Source of the DNA: Auanema rhodensis
Taxonomy: Eukaryota > Animalia > Nematoda
Direction of reading: 5' to 3'
Assembly (NCBI GenBank): GCA_964057225.1
Contig: OZ059896.1
Span: 4,402,001 to 4,466,000, forward strand
Length of the DNA: 64,000 bases
Part shown: piece by piece, positions 1 through 12,600 of the stretch
How the letters are laid out: each line of letters opens with the position of its first letter
Numbering within the stretch: position 1 is the first letter of the stretch
Position numbers and translations under genes: made by a program
The notes under the pieces: model-generated
What the model was told of the DNA's origin: nothing
Seen by the model: only the letters and a program-made list of their open reading frames with translations
The model's database searches: none

Positions 1-114
1 AAAGTTCACGTAAATTTCAAAGTCATGGTTACCATGAACCAATATCAATAAAAATTTGTTTTTAGACTAATATGGACATGGGGAATCTAATTTTGAAAAC
101 CGCATCTCTTTATC

Positions 115-131
115 TTTCACGTGAAGCGAGT
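115..131 (+). other. CENP-B-box-like 17-mer containing the perfect palindrome TTCACGTGAA (representative copy; present once per monomer)
   Basis: TTTCACGTGAAGCGAGT vs the CENP-B box YTTCGTTGGAARCGGGA: 11/17 identical, 7/9 core positions. Function is not demonstrated. Confidence 0.35.
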
Positions 132-3100
132 TACATACCAAGTGCACATCACGTGTACATTTAATTAGCATAAATTAAAGTTCACGTAAATTTCAAAGTC
201 ATGGTTACCATGCACCAATATTAATAAAAATTTGTTTTTAGACTAATATGGACATGGGGAATCTAATTTTGAAAACCGCATCTCTTTATCTTTCACGTGA
301 AGCGAGTTACATACCAAGTGCACATCACGTGTACATTTAATTAGCATAAATTAAAGTTCACGTAAATTTCAAAGTCATGGTTACCATGAACCAATATCAA
401 TAAAAATTTGTTTTTAGACTAATATGGACATGGGGAATCTAATTTTGAAAACCGCATCTCTTTATCTTTCACGTGAAGCGAGTTACATACCAAGTGCACA
501 TCACGTGTACATTTAATTAGCATAAATTAAAGTTCACGTAAATTTCAAAGTCATGGTTACCATGAACCAATATCAATAAAAATTTGTTTTTAGACTAATA
601 TGGACATGGGGAATCTAATTTTGAAAATCGCATCTCTTTATCTTTTACGTGAAGCGAGTTACATACCAAGTGCACATCACGTGTACATTTAATTAGCATA
701 AATTAAAGTTCACGTAAATTTCAAAGTCATGGTTACCATGAACCAATATCAATAAAAATTTGTTTTTAGACTAATATGGACATGGGGAATCTAATTTTGA
801 AAACCGCATCTCTTTATCTTTCACGTGAAGCGAGTTACATACCAAGTGCACATCACGTGTACATTTAATTAGCATAAATTAAAGTTCACGTAAATTTCAA
901 AGTCATGGTTACCATGCACCAATATTAATAAAAATTTGTTTTTAGACTAATATGGACATGGGGAATCTAATTTTGAAAACCGCATCTCTTTATCTTTCAC
1001 GTGAAGCGAGTTACATACCAAGTGCACATCACGTGTACATTTAATTAGCATAAATTAAAGTTCACGTAAATTTCAAAGTCATGGTTACCATGAACCAATA
1101 TCAATAAAAATTTGTTTTTAGACTAATATGGACATGGGGAATCTAATTTTGAAAACCGCATCTCTTTATCTTTCACGTGAAGCGAGTTACATACCAAGTG
1201 CACATCACGTGTACATTTAATTAGCATAAATTAAAGTTCACGTAAATTTCAAAGTCATGGTTACCATGAACCAATATCAATAAAAATTTGTTTTTAGACT
1301 AATATGGACATGGGGAATCTAATTTTGAAAATCGCATCTCTTTATCTTTCACGTGAAGCGAGTTACATACCAAGTGCACATCACGTGTACATTTAATTAG
1401 CATAAATTAAAGTTCACGTAAATTTCAAAGTCATGGTTACCATGAACCAATATCAATAAAAATTTGTTTTTAGACTAATATGGACATGGGGAATCTAATT
1501 TTGAAAACCGCATCTCTTTATCTTTCACGTGAAGCGAGTTACATACCAAGTGCACATCACGTGTACATTTAATTAGCATAAATTAAAGTTCACGTAAATT
1601 TCAAAGTCATGGTTACCATGAACCAATATCAATAAAAATTTGTTTTTAGACTAATATGGACATGGGGAATCTAATTTTGAAAACCGCATCTCTTTATCTT
1701 TCACGTGAAGCGAGTTACATACCAAGTGCACATCACGTGTACATTTAATTAGCATAAATTAAAGTTCACGTAAATTTCAAAGTCATGGTTACCATGAACC
1801 AATATCAATAAAAATTTGTTTTTAGACTAATATGGACATGGGGAATCTAATTTTGAAAACCGCATCTCTTTATCTTTCACGTGAAGCGAGTTACATACCA
1901 AGTGCACATCACGTGTACATTTAATTAGCATAAATTAAAGTTCACGTAAATTTCAAAGTCATGGTTACCATGCACCAATATTAATAAAAATTTGTTTTTA
2001 GACTAATATGGACATGGGGAATCTAATTTTGAAAACCGCATCTCTTTATCTTTCACGTGAAGCGAGTTACATACCAAGTGCACATCACGTGTACATTTAA
2101 TTAGCATAAATTAAAGTTCACGTAAATTTCAAAGTCATGGTTACCATGAACCAATATCAATAAAAATTTGTTTTTAAACTAATATGGACATGGGGAATCT
2201 AATTTTGAAAACCGCATCTCTTTATCTTTCACGTGAAGCGAGTTACATACCAAGTGCACATAACGTGTACATTTAAATAGCATAAATTAAAGTTCACGTA
2301 AATTTCAAAGTCATGGTTACCATGCACCAATATCAATAAAAATTTGTTTTTAGACTAATATGGACATGGAGAATCTAATTTTGAAAACCGCATCTCTTTA
2401 TCTTTCACGTGAAGCGAGTTACATACCAAGTGCACATCACGTGTACACTTAATTAGCATAAATTAAAGTTCACGTAAATTTCAAAGTCATGGTTACCATG
2501 AACCAATATCAATAAAAATTTGTTTTTAGACTAATATGGACATGGGGAATCTAATTTTGAAAACCGCATCTCTTTATCTTTCACGTGAAGCGAGTTACAT
2601 ACCAAGTGCACATCACGTGTACATTTAATTAGCATAAATTAAAGTTCACGTAAATTTCAAAGTCATGGTTACCATGCACCAATATTAATAAAAATTTGTT
2701 TTTAGACTAATATGGACATGGGGAATCTAATTTTGAAAACCGCATCTCTTTATCTTTCACGTGAAGCGAGTTACATACCAAATGCACATCACGTGTACAT
2801 TTAATTAGCATAAATTAAAGTTCACGTAAATTTCAAAGTCATGGTTACCATGAACCAATATCAATAAAAATTTGTTTTTAGACTAATATGGACATGGGGA
2901 ATCTAATTTTGAAAATCGCATCTCTTTATCTTTCACGTGAAGCGAGTTACATACCAAGTGCACATCACGTGTACATTTAATTAGCATAAATTAAAGTTCA
3001 CGTAAATTTCAAAGTCATGGTTACCATGAACCAATATCAATAAAAATTTGTTTTTAGACTAATATGGACATGGGGAATCTAATTTTGAAAACCGCATCTC

Positions 3101-6100
3101 TTTATCTTTCACGTGAAGCGAGTTACATACCAAGTGCACATCACGTGTACATTTAATTAGCATAAATTAAAGTTCACGTAAATTTCAAAGTCATGGTTAC
3201 CATGAACCAATATCAATAAAAATTTGTTTTCAGACTAATTTGGACATGGGGAATCTAATTTTGAAAACCGCATCTCTTTATCTTTCAAGTGAAGCGAGTT
3301 ACATACCAAGTGCACATCACGTGTACATTTAATTAGCATAAATTAAAGTTCACGTAAATTTCAAAGTCATGGTTACCATGAACCAATATCGATAAAAATT
3401 TGTTTTTAAACTAATATGGACATGGGGAATCTAATTTTGAAAACCGCATCTCTTTATCTTTCACGTGAAGCGAGTTACATACCAAGTGCACATCACGTGT
3501 ACATTTAATTAGCATAAATTAAAGTTCACGTAAATTTCAAAGTCATGGTTACCATGCACCAATATCAATAAAAATTTGTTTTTAGACTAATATGGACATG
3601 GAGAATCTAATTTTGAAAACCGCATCTCTTTATCTTTCACGTGAAGCGAGTTACATACCAAGTGCACATCACGTGTACACTTAATTAGCATAAATTAAAG
3701 TTCACGTAAATTTCAAAGTCATGGTTACCATGCACCAATATCAATAAAAATTTGTTTTTAGACTAATATGGACATGGGGAATCTAATTTTGAAAACCGCA
3801 TCTCTTTATCTTTCAAGTGAAGCGAGTTACATACCAAGTGCACATCACGTGTACACTTAATTAGCATAAATTAAAGTTCACGTAAGTTTCAAAGTCATGG
3901 TTACCATGCACCAATATCAATAAAAATTTGTTTTTAGACTAATATGGACATGGGGAATCTAATTTTGAAAACCGCATCTCTTTATCTTTCAAGTGAAGCG
4001 AGTTACATACCAAGTGCACATCACGTGTACATTTAATTAGCATAAATTAAAGTTCACGTAAATTTCAAAGTCATGGTTACCATGCACCAATATCAATAAA
4101 AATTTGTTTTTAGACTAATATGGACATGGAGAATCTAATTTTGAAAACCGCATCTCTTTATCTTTCACGTGAAGCGAGTTACATACCAAGTGCACATCAC
4201 GTGTACATTTAATTAGCATAAATTAAAGTTCACGTAAATTTCAAAGTCATGGTTACCATGCACCAATATCAATAAAAATTTGTTTTTAGACTAATATGAA
4301 CATGGGGAATCTAATTTTGAAAACCGCATCTCTTTATCTTTCACGTGAAGCGAGTTACATACCAAGTGCACATAACGTGTACATTTAATTAGCATAAATT
4401 AAAGTTCACGTAAATTTCAAAGTCATGGTTACCATGCACCAATATCAATAAAAATTTGTTTTTAGACTAATATGGACATGGGGAATCTAATTTTGAAAAC
4501 CGCATCTCTTTATCTTTCACGTGAAGCGAGTTACATACCAAGTGCACATCACGTGTACATTTAATTAGCATAAATTAAAGTTCACGTAAATTTCAAAGTC
4601 ATGGTTACCATGCACCAATATCAATAAAAATTTGTTTTTAGACTAATATGAACATGGGGAATCTAATTTTGAAAACCGCATCTCTTTATCTTTCACGTGA
4701 AGCGAGTTACATACCAAGTGCACATAACGTGTACATTTAATTAGCATAAATTAAAGTTCACGTAAATTTCAAAGTCATGGTTACCATGAACCAATATCAA
4801 TAAAAATTTGTTTTCAGACTAATTTGGACATGGGGAATCTAATTTTGAAAACCGCATCTCTTTATCTTTCACGTGAAGCGAGTTACATACCAAGTGCACA
4901 TCACGTGTACATTTAATCAGCATAAATTAAAGTTCAAGTAAATTTCAAAGTCATGGTTACCATGAACCAATATCAATAAAAATTTGTTTTTAAACTAATA
5001 TGGACATGGGGAATCTAATTTTGAAAACCGCATCTCTTTATCTTTCACGTGAAGCGAGTTACATACCTAGTGCACATCACGTGTACATTTAATTAGCATA
5101 AATTAAAGTTCACGTAAATTTCAAAGTCATGGTTACCATGAACCAATATCAATAAAAATTTTTTTTTTTAGACTAATATGGACATGGGGAATCTAATTTT
5201 GAAAATCGCATCTCTTTATCTTTCACGTGAAGCGAGTTACATACCAAGTGCACATCACGTGTACATTTAATTAGCATAAATTAAAGTTCACGTAAATTTC
5301 AAAGTCATGGTTACCATGAACCAATATCAATAAAAATTTGTGTTTAGACTAATATGGACATGGGGAATCTAATTTTGAAAACCGCATCTCTTTATCTTTC
5401 ACGTGAAGCGAGTTACATACCAAGTGCACATCACGTGTACATTTAATTAGCATAAAGTAAAGTTCACGTAAATTTCAAAGTCATGGTTACCATGCACCAA
5501 TATCAATAAAAATTTGTTTTTAGACTAATATGGACATGGGGAATCTAATTTTGAAAATCGCATCTCTTTATCTTTCACGTGAAGCGAGTTACATACCAAG
5601 TGCACATCACGTGTACATTTAATTAGCATAAATTAAAGTTCACGTAAATTCCAAAGTCATGGTTACCATGAACCAATATCAATAAAAATTTGTTTTTAGA
5701 CTAATATGGACATGGGGAATCTAATTTTGAAAACCGCATCTCTTTATCTTTCACGTGAAGCGAGTTACATACCAAGTGCACATCACGTGTACATTTAATT
5801 AGCATAAATTAAAGTTCACGTAAATTTCAAAGTCATGGTTACCATGCACCAATATTAATAAAAATTTGTTTTTAGACTAATATGGACATGGGGAATCTAA
5901 TTTTGAAAACCGCATCTCTTTATCTTTCACGTGAAGCGAGTTACATACCAAGTGCACATCACGTGTACATTTAATTAGCATAAATTAAAGTTCACGTAAA
6001 TTTCAAAGTCATGGTTACCATGCACCAATATCAATAAAAATTTGTTTTTAGACTAATATGGACATGGAGAATCTAATTTTGAAAACCGCATCTCTTTATC

Positions 6101-6690
6101 TTTCACGTGAAGCGAGTTACATACCAAGTGCACATCACGTGTACATTTAATTAGCATAAATTAAAGTTCACGTAAATTTCAAAGTCATGGTTACCATGCA
6201 CCAATATCAATAAAAATTTGTTTTTAGACTAATATGGACATGGGGAATCTAATTTTGAAAACCGCAGCTCTTTATCTTTCACGTGAAGCGAGTTACATAC
6301 CAAGTGCACATCACGTGTACACTTAATTAGCATAAATTAAAGTTCACGTAAATTTCAAAGTCATGGTTACCATGCACCAATATCAATAAAAATTTGTTTT
6401 TAGACTAATATGGACATGGGGAATCTAATTTTGAAAACCGCATCTCTTTATCTTTCAAGTGAAGCGAGTTACATACCAAGTGCACATCACGTGTACATTT
6501 AATTAGCATAAATTAAAGTTCACGTAAATTTCAAAGTCATGGTTACCATGCACCAATATCAATAAAAATTTGTTTTTAGACTAATATGGACATGGGGAAT
6601 CTAATTTTGAAAACCGCATCTCTTTATCTTTCACGTGAAGCGAGTTACATACCAAGTGCACATCACGTGTACATTTAATTAGCATAAATT

Positions 6691-9600
6691 AAAGTTCACG
6701 TAAATTTCAAAGTCATGGTTACCATGCACCAATATCAATAAAAATTTGTTTTTAGACTAATATGAACATGGGGAATCTAATTTTGAAAACCGCATCTCTT
6801 TATCTTTCAAGTGAAGCGAGTTACATACCAAGTGCACATCACGTGTACATTTAATTAGCATAAATTAAAGTTCACGTAAATTTCAAAGTCATGGTTACCA
6901 TGCACCAATATGAATAAAAATTTGTTTTTAGACTAATATGGACATGGGGAATCTAATTTTGAAAACCGCATCTCTTTATCTTTCACGTGAAGCGAGTTAC
7001 ATACCAAGTGCACATCACGTGTACATTTAATTAGCATAAATTAAAGTTCACGTAAATTTCAAAGTCATGGTTACCATGCACCAATATCAATAAAAATTTG
7101 TTTTTAGACTAATATGAACATGGGGAATCTAATTTTGAAAACCGCATCTCTTTATCTTTCACGTGAAGCGAGTTACATACCAAGTGCACATAACGTGTAC
7201 ATTTAATTAGCATAAATTAAAGTTCACGTAAATTTCAAAGTCATGGTTACCATGCACCAATATCAATAAAAATTTCTTTTTAGACTAATATGGACATGGG
7301 GAATCTAATTTTGAAAATCGCATCTCTTTATCTTTCACGTGAAGCGAGTTACATACCTAGTGCACATCACGTGTACATTTAATTAGCATAAATTAAAGTT
7401 CACGTAAATTTCAAAGTCATGGTTACCATGAACCAATATCAATAAAAATTTCTTTTTAGACTAATATGGACATGGGGAATCTAATTTTGAAAATCGCATC
7501 TCTTTATCTTTCACGTGAAGCGAGTTACATACCAAGTGCACATCACGTGTACATTTAATTAGCATAAATTAAAGTTCACGTAAATTTCAAAGTCATGGTT
7601 ACCATGAACCAATATCAATAAAAATTTGTGTTTAGACTAATATGGACATGGGGAATCTAATTTTGAAAACCGCATCTCTTTATCTTTCACGTGAAGCGAG
7701 TTACATACCAAGTGCACATCACGTGTACATTTAATTAGCATAAAGTAAAGTTCACGTAAATTTCAAAGTCATGGTTACCATGCACCAATATCAATAAAAA
7801 TTTGTTTTTAGACTAATATGGACATGGGGAATCTAATTTTGAAAATCGCATCTCTTTATCTTTCACGTGAAGCGAGTTACATACCAAGTGCACATCACGT
7901 GTACATTTAATTAGCATAAATTAAAGTTCACGTAAATTTCAAAGTCATGGTTACCATGAACCAATATCAATAAAAATTTGTTTTTAGACTAATATGGACA
8001 TGGGGAATCTAATTTTGAAAACCGCATCTCTTTATCTTTCACGTGAAGCGAGTTACATACCAAGTGCACATCACGTGTACATTTAATTAGCATAAATTAA
8101 AGTTCACGTAAATTTCAAAGTCATGGTTACCATGAACCAATATCAATAAAAATTTGTTTTTAGACTAATATGGACATGGGGAATCTAATTTTGAAAAACG
8201 CATCTCTTTATCTTACACGTGAAGCGAGTTACATACCAAGTGCACATCACGTGTACATTTAATTAGCATAAATTAAAGTTCACGTAAATTTCAAAGTCAT
8301 GGTTACCATGCACCAATATTAATAAAAATTTGTTTTTAGACTAATATGGACATGGGGAATCTAATTTTGAAAACCGCATCTCTTTATCTTTCACGTGAAG
8401 CGAGTTACATACCAAGTGCACATCACGTGTACATTTAATTAGCATAAATTAAAGTTCACGTAAATTTCAAAGTCATGGTTACCATGCACCAATATCAATA
8501 AAAATTTGTTTTTAGACTAATATGGACATGGGGAATCTAATTTTGAAAACCGCATCTCTTTATCTTTCAAGTGAAGCGAGTTACATACCAAGTGCACATC
8601 ACGTGTACATTTAATTAGCATAAATTAAAGTTCACGTAAATTTCAAAGTCATGGTTACCATGCACCAATATCAATAAAAATTTGTTTTTAGACTAATATG
8701 AACATGGGGAATCTAATTTTGAAAACCGCATCTCTTTATCTTTCACGTGAAGCGAGTTACATACCAAGTGCACATAACGTGTACATTTAATTAGCATAAA
8801 TTAAAGTTCACGTAAATTTCAAAGTCATGGTTACCATGAACCAATATCAATAAAAATTTGTTTTCAGACTAATTTGGACATGGGGAATCTAATTTTGAAA
8901 TTCGCATCTCTTTATCTTTCAAGTGAAGCGAGTTACATACCAAGTGCACATCACGTGTACATTTAATTAGCATAAATTAAAGTTCACGTAAATTTCAAAG
9001 TCATGGTTACCATGAACCAATATCAATAAAAATTTGTTTTTAAACTAATATGGACATGGGGAATCTAATTTTGAAAACCGCATCTCTTTATCTTTCACGT
9101 GAAGCGAGTTACATACCTAGTGCACATCACGTGTACATTTAATTAGCATAAATTAAAGTTCACGTAAATTTCAAAGTCATGGTTACCATGAACCAATATC
9201 AATAAAAATTTCTTTTTAGACTAATATGGACATGGGGAATCTAATTTTGAAAATCGCATCTCTTTATCTTTCACGTGAAGCGAGTTACATACCAAGTGCA
9301 CATCACGTGTACATTTAATTAGCATAAATTAAAGTTCACGTAAATTTCAAAGTCATGGTTACCATGAACCAATATCAATAAAAATTTGTGTTTAGACTAA
9401 TATGGACATGGGGAATCTAATTTTGAAAACCGCATCTCTTTATCTTTCACGTGAAGCGAGTTACATACCAAGTGCACATCACGTGTACATTTAATTAGCA
9501 TAAAGTAAAGTTCACGTAAATTTCAAAGTCATGGTTACCATGCACCAATATCAATAAAAATTTGTTTCTAGACTAATATGGACATGGGGAATCTAATTTT

Positions 9601-12600
9601 GAAAATCGCATCTCTTTATCTTTCACGTGAAGCGAGTTACATACCAAGTGCACATCACGTGTACATTTAATTAGCATAAATTAAAGTTCACGTAAATTTC
9701 AAAGTCATGGTTACCATGAACCAATATCAATAAAAATTTGTTTTTAGACTAATATGGACATGGGGAATCTAATTTTGAAAACCGCATCTCTTTATCTTTC
9801 ACGTGAAGCGAGTTACATACCAAGTGCACATCACGTGTACATTTAATTAGCATAAATTAAAGTTCACGTAAATTTCAAAGTCATGGTTACCATGCACCAA
9901 TATCAATAAAAATTTGTTTTTAGACTAATATGAACATGGGGAATCTAATTTTGAAAACCGCATCTCTTTATCTTTCAAGTGAAGCGAGTTACATACCAAG
10001 TGCACATCACGTGTACATTTAATTAGCATAAATTAAAGTTCACGTAAATTTCAAAGTCATGGTTACCATGCACCAATATCAATAAAAATTTGTTTTTAGA
10101 CTAATATGGACATGGGGAATCTAATTTTGAAAACCGCATCTCTTTATCTTTCACGTGAAGCGAGTTACATACCAAGTGCACATCACGTGTACATTTAATT
10201 AGCATAAATTAAAGTTCACGTAAATTTCAAAGTCATGGTTACCATGCACCAATATCAATAAAAATTTGTTTTTAGACTAATATGAACATGGGGAATCTAA
10301 TTTTGAAAACCGCATCTCTTTATCTTTCACGTGAAGCGAGTTACATACCAAGTGCACATAACGTGTACATTTAATTAGCATAAATTAAAGTTCACGTAAA
10401 TTTCAAAGTCATGGTTACCATGCACCAATATCAATAAAAATTTCTTTTTAGACTAATATGGACATGGGGAATCTAATTTTGAAAATCGCATCTCTTTATC
10501 TTTCACGTGAAGCGAGTTACATACCTAGTGCACATCACGTGTACATTTAATTAGCATAAATTAAAGTTCACGTAAATTTCAAAGTCATGGTTACCATGAA
10601 CCAATATCAATAAAAATTTCTTTTTAGACTAATATGGACATGGGGAATCTAATTTTGAAAATCGCATCTCTTTATCTTTCACGTGAAGCGAGTTACATAC
10701 CAAGTGCACATCACGTGTACATTTAATTAGCATAAATTAAAGTTCACGTAAATTTCAAAGTCATGGTTACCATGAACCAATATCAATAAAAATTTGTGTT
10801 TAGACTAATATGGACATGGGGAATCTAATTTTGAAAACCGCATCTCTTTATCTTTCACGTGAAGCGAGTTACATACCAAGTGCACATCACGTGTACATTT
10901 AATTAGCATAAAGTAAAGTTCACGTAAATTTCAAAGTCATGGTTACCATGCACCAATATCAATAAAAATTTGTTTTTAGACTAATATGGACATGGGGAAT
11001 CTAATTTTGAAAATCGCATCTCTTTATCTTTCACGTGAAGCGAGTTACATACCAAGTGCACATCACGTGTACATTTAATTAGCATAAATTAAAGTTCACG
11101 TAAATTTCAAAGTCATGGTTACCATGAACCAATATCAATAAAAATTTGTTTTTAGACTAATATGGACATGGGGAATCTAATTTTGAAAACCGCATCTCTT
11201 TATCTTTCACGTGAAGCGAGTTACATACCAAGTGCACATCACGTGTACATTTAATTAGCATAAATTAAAGTTCACGTAAATTTCAAAGTCATGGTTACCA
11301 TGAACCAATATCAATAAAAATTTGTTTTTAGACTAATATGGACATGGGGAATCTAATTTTGAAAAACGCATCTCTTTATCTTACACGTGAAGCGAGTTAC
11401 ATACCAAGTGCACATCACGTGTACATTTAATTAGCATAAATTAAAGTTCACGTAAATTTCAAAGTCATGGTTACCATGCACCAATATTAATAAAAATTTG
11501 TTTTTAGACTAATATGGACATGGGGAATCTAATTTTGAAAACCGCATCTCTTTATCTTTCACGTGAAGCGAGTTACATACCAAGTGCACATCACGTGTAC
11601 ATTTAATTAGCATAAATTAAAGTTCACGTAAATTTCAAAGTCATGGTTACCATGCACCAATATCAATAAAAATTTGTTTTTAGACTAATATGGACATGGG
11701 GAATCTAATTTTGAAAACCGCATCTCTTTATCTTTCAAGTGAAGCGAGTTACATACCAAGTGCACATCACGTGTACATTTAATTAGCATAAATTAAAGTT
11801 CACGTAAATTTCAAAGTCATGGTTACCATGCACCAATATCAATAAAAATTTGTTTTTAGACTAATATGAACATGGGGAATCTAATTTTGAAAACCGCATC
11901 TCTTTATCTTTCACGTGAAGCGAGTTACATACCAAGTGCACATAACGTGTACATTTAATTAGCATAAATTAAAGTTCACGTAAATTTCAAAGTCATGGTT
12001 ACCATGAACCAATATCAATAAAAATTTGTTTTCAGACTAATTTGGACATGGGGAATCTAATTTTGAAATTCGCATCTCTTTATCTTTCAAGTGAAGCGAG
12101 TTACATACCAAGTGCACATCACGTGTACATTTAATTAGCATAAATTAAAGTTCACGTAAATTTCAAAGTCATGGTTACCATGAACCAATATCAATAAAAA
12201 TTTGTTTTTAAACTAATATGGACATGGGGAATCTAATTTTGAAAACCGCATCTCTTTATCTTTCACGTGAAGCGAGTTACATACCTAGTGCACATCACGT
12301 GTACATTTAATTAGCATAAATTAAAGTTCACGTAAATTTCAAAGTCATGGTTACCATGAACCAATATCAATAAAAATTTCTTTTTAGACTAATATGGACA
12401 TGGGGAATCTAATTTTGAAAATCGCATCTCTTTATCTTTCACGTGAAGCGAGTTACATACCAAGTGCACATCACGTGTACATTTAATTAGCATAAATTAA
12501 AGTTCACGTAAATTTCAAAGTCATGGTTACCATGAACCAATATCAATAAAAATTTGTGTTTAGACTAATATGGACATGGGGAATCTAATTTTGAAAACCG

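Noticed and set aside
47-52. AATAAA polyadenylation signal and TATA-like words
   Set aside because: Expected by chance in 68% AT DNA, with no transcript context.
1-176. Assignment to a named 176-178-bp satellite (Brassica CentBr, Arabidopsis CEN178, honeybee AluI, primate alpha satellite)
   Set aside because: Only the length is similar. The consensus lacks HindIII and AluI sites and I do not recognise the sequence. A BLAST or Dfam search is needed.
1-176. 5S rRNA, tRNA or snRNA tandem gene unit
   Set aside because: No recognisable 5S, tRNA cloverleaf or pol III A/B/C box sequence, and the unit is too AT-rich.
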